Of a DNA stretch of 64,000 nt, positions 1 through 9,322 are shown in pieces. The notes below the pieces were generated by a model. The model was not told the origin of the DNA. It saw nothing but the letters and a program-made list of their open reading frames with translations, and did no database searches. How positions within the stretch are numbered: the first letter of the stretch is position 1; every line of letters begins with the position of its first letter. The translations under genes and the position numbers were made by a program. The DNA comes from Clostridiales bacterium (GTDB lineage Bacteria; Bacillota; Clostridia; Christensenellales; CAG-314): the NCBI GenBank assembly GCA_022508305.1, contig JAFLVM010000001.1:125347-189346 (forward strand). Reading direction: 5' to 3'.

Positions 1-1
1 G

Positions 2-274
2 GAAACTAACAGTGCCAAGCTGGCGATCGTAGGCTACTTTATTCCGCTCGTACCCGCGCTTGGCTTGCTGTTTTTGTCCATCGCATTGCAATGGGCAGAT
101 TGGCTTACTGCGGTGTTGTTTTTTGCGGGTTTGGTCATAGGTTTTGCCATTGTAGCGCTTATTGACAAATTTCTCAAACACAAATGGATGGAAACGCCGA
201 ATATTTTGGAAGTAGTAAACAAAACTGTAATTGTACAAACTAATAGTGAAAAAGGAGACAGTAACAATGAGTAA
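2..274 (+). CDS. C-terminal part of an integral membrane protein (5-prime end lies outside the window)
   Basis: The frame is open from position 2 (ETNSAKLAIVGYFIPLVPALGLLFLSIALQ...). It has hydrophobic helices and a TAA stop at 272-274. Family not recognised. Confidence 0.5.
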   Translation, partial: ETNSAKLAIVGYFIPLVPALGLLFLSIALQWADWLTAVLFFAGLVIGFAIVALIDKFLKHKWMETPNILEVVNKTVIVQTNSEKGDSNNE

Positions 275-578
275 TTTACCTGAAGTAGCAAGTAATTTCG
301 ACGAGTTTATTTCAAACGGTGTAGTCGTAGTTGATTTTTGGGCAACCTGGTGCGGACCGTGCAGAATGTTGGCGCCCATACTCGACGAGGTTGCAGCTAA
401 ACTCCCCGAAGTTAAGTTCGGCAAAGTTGACGTAGACAATGCGCGCGAGCTTGCAAAGAGATTTCAAATTATGTCAATTCCCAACGTTTGCATTTTCAAG
501 GACGGCGAGTTGGTTGACCGCGTAATCGGACTTTGCGACGAGGAAGAGCTGACCGAAACTATCAAGAAACACATATAA
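267..578 (+). CDS. trxA: thioredoxin
   Basis: WCGPC active-site motif. SD AAAGGAG lies upstream of ATG 267, so the track ORF start at 231 is probably too long. Confidence 0.93.
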   Translation: MSNLPEVASNFDEFISNGVVVVDFWATWCGPCRMLAPILDEVAAKLPEVKFGKVDVDNARELAKRFQIMSIPNVCIFKDGELVDRVIGLCDEEELTETIKKHI

Positions 579-639
579 TATAACATAATATAAAACCGTC
601 CACATAATTCCAACGCGAAAATGTGGACGTATTACTAAT

Positions 640-1464
640 ATGAGAAAATTTTGCAGAATTACAATTTCCATTGCGGTATGTTTACTGGCAATCTTGCTTT
701 GCCTGTCACTTTTTGGCTGTCAAACCAATATAGATGCAAACAGGCGACGTAATATCAATTCCATAAGTCACCGCGGCTACAGCGACGCTCCTGAAAATAC
801 GTTGGCAGCCTTCCGTTTGTCTAAGGAAATGGGATTTGACATGGTAGAATGTGATGTCCGCTTTACAAAGGACGGCAAACCCGTGCTTTTGCATGACGGA
901 ACGGTAAACAGGACGTCAGACGGAAAAGGCAAGATTTCCGAACTGTCCTTTGATGAAGTTCGACGGATGGATTTCGGCAGTTGGAAAGGTCAGCAGTACG
1001 CAGGCGAGCGAATACCCACTTTTGAGGAATTTATAAGCCTGTGTGTCGAGCTTGAGTTGTACCCCTACGTTGAAATAAAAGACATATCACTTCAGCAGGT
1101 ACAAACGTTGGTTGATATAGTAAACAAAACCGAGTTGTCCGTAACCTGGATAGGTCGCGATGTAAACTTGCTTGCATGTGTTGCTCAGCTGAGAAGTGGG
1201 CAAGACAGAGTTGGACTAATTGCCGAGATTGTCACCAAAGACATTTTGAAATTTCTCTCGGATTTAACCGAATACGTTGACGTTTTTGTTGACTGCAATT
1301 ACCTTACGCTAACGAATACGCAGTTAAACCTGTGTAAGCGTTATCGCATACCTCTCGAAGTGTGGACGGTCAACACAAAAGAGATAATTGAAAACATTGA
1401 CCCTTATATAACGGGTGTGACGAGTGACAGTATTATTGCTCAAGAAGTCTTCAACAGTTTGTAA
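640..1464 (+). CDS. glycerophosphodiester phosphodiesterase family lipoprotein
   Basis: HRGYSDAPENT and ECDVRFTKDGKPVLLHD are GDPD motifs. The N-terminal signal peptide has a lipobox (LFGC). Confidence 0.85.
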   Translation: MRKFCRITISIAVCLLAILLCLSLFGCQTNIDANRRRNINSISHRGYSDAPENTLAAFRLSKEMGFDMVECDVRFTKDGKPVLLHDGTVNRTSDGKGKISELSFDEVRRMDFGSWKGQQYAGERIPTFEEFISLCVELELYPYVEIKDISLQQVQTLVDIVNKTELSVTWIGRDVNLLACVAQLRSGQDRVGLIAEIVTKDILKFLSDLTEYVDVFVDCNYLTLTNTQLNLCKRYRIPLEVWTVNTKEIIENIDPYITGVTSDSIIAQEVFNSL

Positions 1465-1497
1465 TTCGAAAATAACAGTAAAAAACGTTTACCGTGC

Positions 1498-1526
1498 GGC
1501 GTATTTCAAAAGAATACGCCTTTTTA
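1498..1526 (+). terminator. intrinsic terminator
   Basis: GGCGTATT / AATACGCC stem followed by TTTTT. Confidence 0.75.
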
Positions 1527-1615
1527 AATTTCGCAATATTTATATTATATTTTCATTGACTTGCGCCTAAAATAGTAGTAAACTATTCATAGTAAATTGG
1601 TAGGAATTGAGAACA

Positions 1616-2020
1616 ATGAAAATGTCTTCAAAGGCAAGATACGGCTTGTACGTAGCGGTAGAACTTGCCAAAAACTATCACGATGACGCTGTTGTAAACG
1701 TGACGAGTCTGTCACAGGCAACGGGTGTCACGGAAAAATATCTGGAGCAAATAATTGCGCTTATGAAAAAGGCGGACATTGTTTGTTCGATGCGCGGAGC
1801 AAGCGGCGGTTACAAGCTTACCGACAGCCCCGACAATATCACCGTAGGCAGGGTGTTACGCGCGGTTGAGGACAATTTGGAAATTGTAGATTGCCTTCAC
1901 AGCGATTGCGCCAACAGCGGCAAGTGCGTTGCGCGTAATTTGTGGGGCAAACTTTACGATAATATCAACGGATACCTTGATACGATAACTTTGACGCAGT
2001 TAGCGGAGGACAAAATATGA
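1616..2020 (+). CDS. iscR: Rrf2-family transcriptional regulator (IscR/CymR-like)
   Basis: MKMSSKARYG start typical of Rrf2 proteins, with a C-terminal Cys cluster (CLHSDCANSGKC). It lies directly upstream of nifS-iscU. Confidence 0.85.
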   Translation: MKMSSKARYGLYVAVELAKNYHDDAVVNVTSLSQATGVTEKYLEQIIALMKKADIVCSMRGASGGYKLTDSPDNITVGRVLRAVEDNLEIVDCLHSDCANSGKCVARNLWGKLYDNINGYLDTITLTQLAEDKI

Positions 2021-3198
2021 GAGTATATGCTGACCATGCGGCAACGACTCCATGCGACAAACGGGTAGTGGATGCAATACTACCGTATTTTTGCGACGAT
2101 TTCGGAAACGCCGACAGCCAACACTGTTTTGGCAGAGATACAGCGAAAGCTGTTGCCGATGCTCGCGAAACTATTGCGAATATTATCGGTTGCAAGCCTA
2201 ATGAACTGTATTTTACAGGCAGCGGCACCGAGGCGGACAATTGGGCTTTGAAAGGTGTTGCGTTGCACAGAAAAGATAAAGGTAATCACGTAATCATTTC
2301 TGTAATAGAACATCACGCAGTGCTTACTGCCGCGGATTGGTTGGAAAACAACGGCTTTAGAGTAACGCGACTGCCTGTTGACAGCACGGGACTTGTAAGT
2401 GTTGCCGATCTTGAAAAGGCAATTGACGACCAAACGATTTTGGTGTCTATTATGTACGTCAACAACGAAGTGGGCACAATTCAGCCGATAAAGGAACTTG
2501 CGGAAGTGGCGCACAAACACGGCGCTTTGTTCCACAGTGACTGCGTACAGGCAATGCCGTACATGAAAATCGACGTGAAAGAACTTGGCGTAGACTTGCT
2601 CACGATGTCTGGACACAAGTTCTACGGACCCAAGGGCGTTGGCGCGCTGTACATTCGTAACGGTGTAAAGCTGGACAAACTCATTTGCGGCGGCGGACAG
2701 GAGCGTTCGCAGCGTGGCGGTACGACTAACACGCCCGCGGTAGTGGGTATGGCAAAGGCCCTCGAAATTGCTCAAGCGGAAATGGAGCAGAACAACACTC
2801 ACATCTCCAAATTACGCGACCGTTTCGTGGACAGAGTATTGGCAGAAATCCCATACGTTAGATTTAACGGAAACAGGGAGCATCGCGTGCCGAGCATCGC
2901 AAACTTCAGCTTTGAGTTTGTCGAAGGCGAGGGAATACTGATGCTCATGGACTTCAACGGAATTGCGGTGTCAAGCGGCTCTGCATGCAGCAGCGGAAGT
3001 CTTGACCCCTCTCACGTACTGCTTGCTATGGGCGTGCCAATTGAAGTTTCGCACGGCTCAATCAGATTTTCATTCGGCAAAGACAACACGGTGGAAGAAG
3101 TGGACTACACGGTAGACAAACTAAAAGATACGATAAGTAAACTTCGCGAAATGTCACCTTTATTCAACCTAAAAACAGGAGGAACGTACAATGTATAA
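2017..3198 (+). CDS. nifS: cysteine desulfurase (NifS/IscS type)
   Basis: PLP-lysine motif SGHKFYGPKG and catalytic SSGSACSS loop. ATGA overlap with the upstream gene. Confidence 0.93.
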   Translation: MRVYADHAATTPCDKRVVDAILPYFCDDFGNADSQHCFGRDTAKAVADARETIANIIGCKPNELYFTGSGTEADNWALKGVALHRKDKGNHVIISVIEHHAVLTAADWLENNGFRVTRLPVDSTGLVSVADLEKAIDDQTILVSIMYVNNEVGTIQPIKELAEVAHKHGALFHSDCVQAMPYMKIDVKELGVDLLTMSGHKFYGPKGVGALYIRNGVKLDKLICGGGQERSQRGGTTNTPAVVGMAKALEIAQAEMEQNNTHISKLRDRFVDRVLAEIPYVRFNGNREHRVPSIANFSFEFVEGEGILMLMDFNGIAVSSGSACSSGSLDPSHVLLAMGVPIEVSHGSIRFSFGKDNTVEEVDYTVDKLKDTISKLREMSPLFNLKTGGTYNV

Positions 3199-3595
3199 TC
3201 AAAAGGTTTTGGATGCGTTTGCTAATCCCAAGAACGTAGGCGAAATAGAAAACCCCGACGGCGAAGGCACCGTAGGTAACGCTACCTGCGGGGACATAAT
3301 GAAAATAACCTTGCGTATAGTTGACGACAAGATTGTGGACGCAAAGTTTCAGACGTTCGGTTGCGCAGCGGCCATTGCCACAAGTTCAACGGCAACTCAA
3401 ATGGTTATCGGCATGACTGTTGACGAAGCGTTGAAGTTAACAAATGCGCGAGTAGTAGAGGAACTTGAGGGACTGCCTCCGCAAAAGATACATTGCTCCG
3501 TACTTGCCGAAGAGGCGATAAAAAAAGCAATAGAGGACTACCGCGCAAAGCAGCAAAACAAGACGGTAGACAAATCTCACATTGAGTACGTATAA
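3191..3595 (+). CDS. iscU: Fe-S cluster assembly scaffold IscU/NifU
   Basis: Conserved Cys contexts GNATCGD, FGCAAAIA and IHCSVLAEEA. Confidence 0.93.
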   Translation: MYNQKVLDAFANPKNVGEIENPDGEGTVGNATCGDIMKITLRIVDDKIVDAKFQTFGCAAAIATSSTATQMVIGMTVDEALKLTNARVVEELEGLPPQKIHCSVLAEEAIKKAIEDYRAKQQNKTVDKSHIEYV

Positions 3596-3758
3596 TTGCA
3601 AAAAAACAATAAATTACTATCAATTTGATACATTTATAGAATACTATTACAGGCATAGTATCGCAATTATGCTATAAAAGTGCCATATTTTGCCGTCAAA
3701 TACATATTTTTCTTCACTTTGATAAAACTAAGGGTAAGTAACGTTAATGGAGGAAAAT

Positions 3759-3881
3759 ATGAAAAAACTTTTGATTGGTTTGGCTTTGGGAGCAGCTGTG
3801 GGAATGGTTGTAAGCGAAATTCCTCAAGTGCAGCAAGCGCTCAACAAAGGCAAGAAGAAAGTAAAGGACATGACCAAGTAA
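3759..3881 (+). CDS. 40-aa small membrane protein (not in the ORF track; below its length cutoff)
   Basis: Strong SD (AATGGAGGAAAATATG). Sequence MKKLLIGLALGAAVGMVVSEIPQVQQALNKGKKKVKDMTK has one TM helix and a basic tail. A terminator follows immediately. Confidence 0.6.
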   Translation: MKKLLIGLALGAAVGMVVSEIPQVQQALNKGKKKVKDMTK

Positions 3882-3897
3882 CGTTCTGCTTATCTTA

Positions 3898-3925
3898 AAG
3901 ACTGTCAATATCGGCAGTCTTTTTG
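3898..3925 (+). terminator. intrinsic terminator
   Basis: AAGACTGTC / GGCAGTCTT stem (one G-T wobble) followed by a T-run. Confidence 0.7.
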
Positions 3926-4077
3926 CTTGTATGCTTTCAGTGATAGGGCATTCTCGGTGCGTTTGTAACTTCACCTATGTTTTTGTAATCTTTAATTCAT
4001 TTTGGCAAAAAAATTTACTTTGAAAATAGGAAAAAACACTATTATTCCGTGGGATTTTATGTTATAATGCAAATACT

Positions 4078-4494
4078 ATGGGTAGAGTGATGGCTTTGGA
4101 CGTAGGCGACGTCCGTATAGGAATTGCCGTTTCCGACTTGATGGGCATTATTGCCAATCCTTTGGAAACGTACACGAGAAAAGGCAACTTGGAGGTTGAC
4201 GCGCAGTATATCGTAGACCTTGCCAAGAGCAAGGAGGTGTCGCTGTTTATTTCCGGTCTTCCCTTGGGACTTAAAGGACAGGAAAACGACCAGACGGCGA
4301 AAACGCGCGAGTTCGTCGACAAAATAAAGGAAATTTGCGACATCCCTGTTGAGTACCTTGACGAACGGTTTACAACTTTGTCTGCCGAACGGGTGCTTAT
4401 TGAAGGTAACGTCCGTCGCGAAAACAGGAAAAAAGTAATCGACAAGGTTGCTGCAACGATAATTTTGCAAAACTATTTAGACAGAAAAAGATAA
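4078..4494 (+). CDS. ruvX: Holliday-junction resolvase-like nuclease RuvX/YqgF
   Basis: MALDVGDVRIGIAVSD N-terminus and size typical of YqgF. Confidence 0.9.
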   Translation: MGRVMALDVGDVRIGIAVSDLMGIIANPLETYTRKGNLEVDAQYIVDLAKSKEVSLFISGLPLGLKGQENDQTAKTREFVDKIKEICDIPVEYLDERFTTLSAERVLIEGNVRRENRKKVIDKVAATIILQNYLDRKR

Positions 4495-4508
4495 AACGGA
4501 GGTTTATT

Positions 4509-4898
4509 ATGGAAGACAAGAAAAAGAACTGTGACTGCGGTTGTGAACACGATCATCACGAACACGACGCGGATTGTGACTGCGGCTGTGAAGTAGACGA
4601 AGACGTTGTTATGCTTGAGGACGAGGAAGGTCACGAAATACCTTTCTACCACATTGCAACGCTTGAGCGCGACGGCAAAGAATACGCATGCTTGCAGCAG
4701 GCAGACGACGAAGATCCGATAGTGGAAATTTTCGAGTTGCAAGAAGTAGAGGAAGGCGGAGAATTTTTCTACAACTTCCTGCCCATTGACGACGAGCTGT
4801 ACGAAGCGCTTTACAAGCAGCTTGAAGAGGAAGTTGCGACAATGGGAGAGGACGACTGCGACGATCCCGATTGCGACTGCCATCATCACCACGAATAA
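4509..4898 (+). CDS. DUF1292 (YrzB-like) protein with Cys/His-rich N- and C-terminal tails
   Basis: The core (EIPFYHIATLERDGKEYACLQ...ELQEVEEGGEFFYNFLPIDDELYEAL) matches the DUF1292 pattern and usual position after ruvX. Tails are CDCGCEHDHHEHDADCDCGCE and DCDDPDCDCHHHHE. Confidence 0.8.
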   Translation: MEDKKKNCDCGCEHDHHEHDADCDCGCEVDEDVVMLEDEEGHEIPFYHIATLERDGKEYACLQQADDEDPIVEIFELQEVEEGGEFFYNFLPIDDELYEALYKQLEEEVATMGEDDCDDPDCDCHHHHE

Positions 4899-4916
4899 TA
4901 GCAATTAAGTAAATCA

Positions 4917-4951
4917 GAGCCAGGGTTATTGTCGCCTTGGCTTTTGTTTTT
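4917..4951 (+). terminator. intrinsic terminator
   Basis: AGCCAGG...CCTTGGCT stem followed by TTTTGTTTTT. Confidence 0.6.
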
Positions 4952-5018
4952 GTACTCTTGTCTGTTTTGCTTTAATTTAGGTTAAAAAAGCATAATATTG
5001 TGCAAATTGACCTACAAT

Positions 5019-5082
5019 TCCGAGTAACTCGGACAAAATCCAAATATCTCGCCTTGCCAATTTTGTCCGAGTGGCGTAGAAT
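5019..5082 (+). promoter_or_regulatory. sigma-A-like promoter (TTGCCA-17-TAGAAT) interleaved with operator-like inverted repeats
   Basis: TCCGAG-TAA-CTCGGA palindrome at 5019-5033. Perfect 12-nt inverted repeat CTCGGACAAAAT (5028-5039) / ATTTTGTCCGAG (5060-5071), the latter filling the promoter spacer. Confidence 0.5.
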
Positions 5083-5105
5083 GATGGCAAATGGAGGCGC
5101 ATTTT

Positions 5106-6494
5106 ATGGCTAAACAAACTATTGGTGAATTTCTTGCAACCTTACGCAAAGCTAACGGTTACACGCAGCAAGAAGTTGCGGATAGATTGGGAATATCCAA
5201 TCGTACGCTTTCCGGTTGGGAGTGTGATAAGGTTCTGCCAGATATACTCCTTTTGCCTGTTTTGGCGGAACTTTACGGCGTAACTGTTGATGAAATCTTG
5301 GCGGGCGAGCGTAAGGAGAATAGTAAAGTAGCGATATCGGACAAGTCGGAAGTAAATATACTCAAAAGTAAATTGGCGCGTTTTAGTATGCAATGCTGGA
5401 TTTTGCTTGGAGTGATAATTGCTGGAATAGTGCTAACGGCTGTCTCTGCGTACATTGAGGTAACCAATGTGGCTTGGGTAGGTTTCCCTTGGTGGCGTTT
5501 GTTGCTGATTGTGGGCATTGTATTTGTCATTCTGTGCTTGGCAATTCTCATTGCTTTCTTTAAGAGTTCGGAACTGTCCGTTGACGATGCAATCGAGAAA
5601 TACAACGTGTATTGCCTTATTTTGAGTAGAAAATTTGGCGGTTGTCTCTTTGCATTAGCCGCAGTAAATACTGTTGCGGCAATTATTGTTACTGTTGTGT
5701 TGCTTGCTCGCGGTTTGCTACACGGTAGAGGTATTGTTACCTGCGCTGCATTTGGAGTTTTTGCAATAATCCTCTATTTAACAGGTTGGTTGATTTACAA
5801 ACACGCGCTCACAGTGTGGGGCGGAGATAACGCGCGAAACTCCATCAGAAGGGACAAACAATACTTTTGGGTTGTTGGCTTTTGGGGAACGATTCCCTTA
5901 GTGTTGTCAGTAATACTTGCAATAGTTTTCGGTTGCGTGCAATTTGAGAACAGGACGACAATATACGCAAACGGTAGTGTTGAACAATTTGTAACCTACA
6001 TGGAAACACTTGTAGACGACACAGGCGTTGAAAGACAATTTCCGTTGTCAAAACTTGCTAAAAACGCCAAAATTGGCGAAAAGGTTGATTTGGGCGACGG
6101 TTACACTGCGATTTATTACTTAACAACAGTTGAAATTCAATACGAGCAAACGGTATATCTGCCGAGTGATGACGGTGATGAGATGGGAGAGCATCAAGTA
6201 ACCGTATCGACGTACGCGCCGCTAATTTTAGTCAATGATGGGCAGGATTTGAGATTCTACAACCTTAGGTATTGGTACAACGGAGAAATACCGCAATATT
6301 ATTACGGGCGATACGTTATTTACGAAGGATACGTGTTCGAGCGAGCGGGCGACGGCTTAGCGTACGTTTATCTGATAACACATGACTATTCCGCAATCGG
6401 TTACGCGGTTGCAATTCCTGTGATTGTCGCAGACTTGATAGTTTGCGCATCGCTATGCGTCTGGAAACGATACAAATACAAGATTAGATTATAA
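5106..6494 (+). CDS. XRE-family HTH regulator fused to a multi-pass membrane domain and a C-terminal extracytoplasmic domain
   Basis: N-terminus TIGEFLATLRKANGYTQQEVADRLGISNRTLSGWE is an HTH_3 motif, followed by several hydrophobic helices. SD GGAGG lies before ATG 5106; the alternative start is 5091. Confidence 0.8.
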   Translation: MAKQTIGEFLATLRKANGYTQQEVADRLGISNRTLSGWECDKVLPDILLLPVLAELYGVTVDEILAGERKENSKVAISDKSEVNILKSKLARFSMQCWILLGVIIAGIVLTAVSAYIEVTNVAWVGFPWWRLLLIVGIVFVILCLAILIAFFKSSELSVDDAIEKYNVYCLILSRKFGGCLFALAAVNTVAAIIVTVVLLARGLLHGRGIVTCAAFGVFAIILYLTGWLIYKHALTVWGGDNARNSIRRDKQYFWVVGFWGTIPLVLSVILAIVFGCVQFENRTTIYANGSVEQFVTYMETLVDDTGVERQFPLSKLAKNAKIGEKVDLGDGYTAIYYLTTVEIQYEQTVYLPSDDGDEMGEHQVTVSTYAPLILVNDGQDLRFYNLRYWYNGEIPQYYYGRYVIYEGYVFERAGDGLAYVYLITHDYSAIGYAVAIPVIVADLIVCASLCVWKRYKYKIRL

Positions 6495-6499
6495 AAAAT

Positions 6500-6521
6500 A
6501 GGTGAGGAAACTCGCCTTTTA
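6500..6521 (+). terminator. intrinsic terminator
   Basis: AGGTGAG-GAAA-CTCGCCT hairpin followed by TTTT. Confidence 0.55.
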
Positions 6522-6642
6522 CATTTCTGTCGTTTATTTTGATTCAAACAGTTAATTTTCTGTCTGCATTTATCCAAATCTATGAAGTTTTTGCCGATTT
6601 TATATTATATATAAATTTTGTTAGAAACTGCGTGTTATTTGA

Positions 6643-6672
6643 TTGCCAAATTATAGCCCCTTGTGCTATAAT
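6643..6672 (+). promoter_or_regulatory. sigma-A promoter of rpsB-tsf
   Basis: TTGCCA, an 18-nt spacer, then extended -10 TGcTATAAT. It leaves a leader of about 115 nt containing a CCGAG...CTCGG hairpin. Confidence 0.55.
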
Positions 6673-6795
6673 CTACACGGTTTAATTCGCATTTGCGCAA
6701 GATTTGCACGTTGTGCCGAGTTTGCCGCTCGGTTGCGTGGGGAGTTGACGGCGCAAAGAGGTTAAAAACAATAACAAAAAGGAGAAAATAAGAAA

Positions 6796-7548
6796 ATGGC
6801 AGTTGTATCAATGAAACAGCTTTTGGAAAGCGGCGTTCATTTCGGACACCAAACCAGAAGATGGAACCCCAAAATGAAGAAGTATATCTACGCTGAGCGT
6901 AACGATATACACATCATCGACCTTCAACAAACGGTCGCTCAAGCAGAAGTTGCTTACACGTTCGTTCGCGACATCGCAGCAGCAGGCAAGCCTATTTTGT
7001 TCGTAGGCACCAAAAAGCAAGCTCAAGAAGCCATCAAGACGGAAGCAGAGCGTTGCGGTATGTATTACGTAAACAACCGTTGGCTCGGCGGCACGCTCAC
7101 CAACTACAAGACAATCAAGTCCCGTATTGAGCGCCTTCACCACATCAACCAAATGGAAAAACTTGGCGAACTTGACGTTTTGCCCAAGAAAGAAGTTGCT
7201 AAACTTTTGGAAGAACGCGACAAGCTTGAAGCTAACCTTGGCGGAATCAAGGATATGAAGGGTATGCCCGGTTGTATCTTTATCGTAGACCCCAAGAAGG
7301 AAGCAATCGCTGTAGCAGAAGCTCACGCATTGAACATTCCTATCGTTGCAATCGTAGACACAAACTGCGACCCCGACCAAGTGGACGTAGTTATTCCCGC
7401 TAACGACGACGCTATCGGCGCAATCAAAGTTATTGCATCAATCATTTCCGGCGCTGTAATCGAAGCTAAGGAAGGCGTTGTGATGACTGCTCCCGAGGAC
7501 GACGACAAGGCTGAAGAATCAACTGACGAGGAGACTAACAATGGCTAA
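6796..7548 (+). CDS. rpsB: 30S ribosomal protein S2
   Basis: [27 protein letters not shown] is a canonical S2 N-terminus. Confidence 0.98.
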   Translation: MAVVSMKQLLESGVHFGHQTRRWNPKMKKYIYAERNDIHIIDLQQTVAQAEVAYTFVRDIAAAGKPILFVGTKKQAQEAIKTEAERCGMYYVNNRWLGGTLTNYKTIKSRIERLHHINQMEKLGELDVLPKKEVAKLLEERDKLEANLGGIKDMKGMPGCIFIVDPKKEAIAVAEAHALNIPIVAIVDTNCDPDQVDVVIPANDDAIGAIKVIASIISGAVIEAKEGVVMTAPEDDDKAEESTDEETNNG

Positions 7549-8470
7549 TTTCACAAATCAAGACGTAATGAAACTCCGTGAGCAAACTGGCGTTGGCATG
7601 ATGGACTGCAAAAAGGCGCTTGTTGAAACTAACGGTAACTTTGAAGAAGCAATCAAGTACCTTCGCGAAAAGGGAATGGCATCCGCTGCTAAGAAGGCAA
7701 GCCGCGTTGCCGCAGAAGGTCTTGTAAAGTGCCTTGTATCTGCTGACAAGAAAACGGCAGTTGCAGTAGAAGTAAACTGCGAAACCGACTTCGTTGCAAG
7801 AAGCGAACAATTCGTTTCTCTTGTTGACAAAATTGCTGCTATTATTCTCGGTTCAAACGCAAAGACGGTAGAAGAAGTACTTGAAGTATCCTGCAAGGAA
7901 TGCGGCAAGACGGTTAACGTACTTATTGCAGAGGCTACTGCAGCTATCGGTGAAAAGATTTCTCTCCGCAGATTTACTAAATTTGCATTGAAGGGTAACG
8001 GACTTATTTCCAGTTACATTCACATGGGCGGCAAGATCGGCGTTTTGGCAGAGCTCAAGAGCGACGCTAAGCAAGAAGATCTGCAAGAACTTGCATTCAA
8101 CGTTTGCATGCAAATTGCAGCAAGCAAACCGCAAGTTGTTAACATTGCCGACGTTGACGCAAGCCAACTGGAAGCTGAAAAGGAAATCTTGACCGTTCAG
8201 GCAAGAAACGAAGGCAAGCCCGAAGCAATTATCGGCAAGATGGTAGAAGGCCGTATTCACAAGTACTACAAGGAAGTTTGCTTGCTCGAACAAGAGTACG
8301 TACGTGATTCCGCTTTGTCCGTAAAACAGGTTGTTGCCGACACCGCTAAAAAGCTTGGCGCTGACATCACCGTTACGAGATTCGTTCGTTACGAAATGGG
8401 CGAAGGAATTGAAAAGCGTGTTGACAACTTTGTTGACGAGATTGCAGAACAACTCAAGAACATTAAATAA
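7541..8470 (+). CDS. tsf: translation elongation factor Ts
   Basis: [22 protein letters not shown]-like N-terminus. rpsB-tsf synteny. Confidence 0.97.
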   Translation: MANFTNQDVMKLREQTGVGMMDCKKALVETNGNFEEAIKYLREKGMASAAKKASRVAAEGLVKCLVSADKKTAVAVEVNCETDFVARSEQFVSLVDKIAAIILGSNAKTVEEVLEVSCKECGKTVNVLIAEATAAIGEKISLRRFTKFALKGNGLISSYIHMGGKIGVLAELKSDAKQEDLQELAFNVCMQIAASKPQVVNIADVDASQLEAEKEILTVQARNEGKPEAIIGKMVEGRIHKYYKEVCLLEQEYVRDSALSVKQVVADTAKKLGADITVTRFVRYEMGEGIEKRVDNFVDEIAEQLKNIK

Positions 8471-8484
8471 TTTATTTTGAAAAC

Positions 8485-8519
8485 AAAAGGGAACACCGAT
8501 TGGGTATGTTCCCTTTTTC
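8485..8519 (+). terminator. intrinsic terminator
   Basis: GGGAACA (8489-8495) / TGTTCCC (8507-8513) stem followed by TTTTT. Confidence 0.8.
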
Positions 8520-8544
8520 ACAAATTTAATTTTGCGAGGATAAT

Positions 8545-9243
8545 ATGGCGAAATACAAACGCATTTTGCTCAAAATCAGTGGCGAAGCGCTTTCCGACGG
8601 ACACATGAATATTAACGGTCAAAGCGCAGCAAACGTAGCCGCTCAAATCAAACGAATAGTTGACGCCGGCGTAGAGTTGGGCGTAGTCGTCGGCGGCGGA
8701 AACATCTGGCGCGGACGTACCATAGAAAGCATGGACAGAGCTACTGCCGACTACATAGGCATGCTTGCAACGGTCATGAACGGTCTTGCGCTCGGCGAGG
8801 CATTGACCGCCTGCGGTGTTGAAAGCAAGGTTGTGTCATCCTTTGCAATAGACAAGGTGTGCGAAACCTTCTTTTTGCCTAACGTCAATGAATACCTGAA
8901 ACAGGGCAAAGTCGTGATATTCGTGGGCGGAACCGGCTCACCGTATTTCTCGACCGACACAGCCGCATCTTTACGCGCCTGCGAAATTCATGCAGACGCT
9001 TTGATTTGCCTAAAAGCAGTGGATGGAATCTACGACAGCGACCCAACCGTCAACCCTAAGGCAGTCAAGTACGACACAATTAGCTACGACAAGGTTATTG
9101 CCGACAACTTGAAGGCGCTTGACCTCACGGCAATAGCAATGTGCAGAGAATTTGGCGTCAAGGTTGTCGCTATCGGTAAAAACGAAAAGGACGGCGTGTT
9201 GCGCGTTCTTAAAGGTGAAAAATTAGGCACCGTTATATCGTAG
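8545..9243 (+). CDS. pyrH: UMP kinase
   Basis: YKRILLKISGEAL and VVGGGNIWRG motifs. Confidence 0.96.
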   Translation: MAKYKRILLKISGEALSDGHMNINGQSAANVAAQIKRIVDAGVELGVVVGGGNIWRGRTIESMDRATADYIGMLATVMNGLALGEALTACGVESKVVSSFAIDKVCETFFLPNVNEYLKQGKVVIFVGGTGSPYFSTDTAASLRACEIHADALICLKAVDGIYDSDPTVNPKAVKYDTISYDKVIADNLKALDLTAIAMCREFGVKVVAIGKNEKDGVLRVLKGEKLGTVIS

Positions 9244-9322
9244 TGATAATAGCGAATTATTCTTGAATTTTACTTTGTTTTGTAGTAAAATAACTTTATA
9301 GTAAATTGTATTGGAGGGTGTT

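Noticed and set aside
2080-2802. Long minus-strand and alternative-frame ORFs in the track. Examples: 2080-2802, 6808-7380, 7853-8521, 13234-13779, 19748-20371, 33774-34328, 37790-38371, 40257-41144 and 47732-48427, all on the - strand.
   Set aside because: Each lies entirely inside a well-supported + strand gene with clear family motifs. They have no SD and odd composition (Arg/Ser/Cys/Val-rich). They are shadow ORFs of the opposite strand.
3680-3898. 72-aa + strand ORF from the track.
   Set aside because: It has no SD and a low-complexity, implausible sequence. A 40-codon ORF in another frame (3759-3881) has a strong SD and a TM helix and explains the region better.
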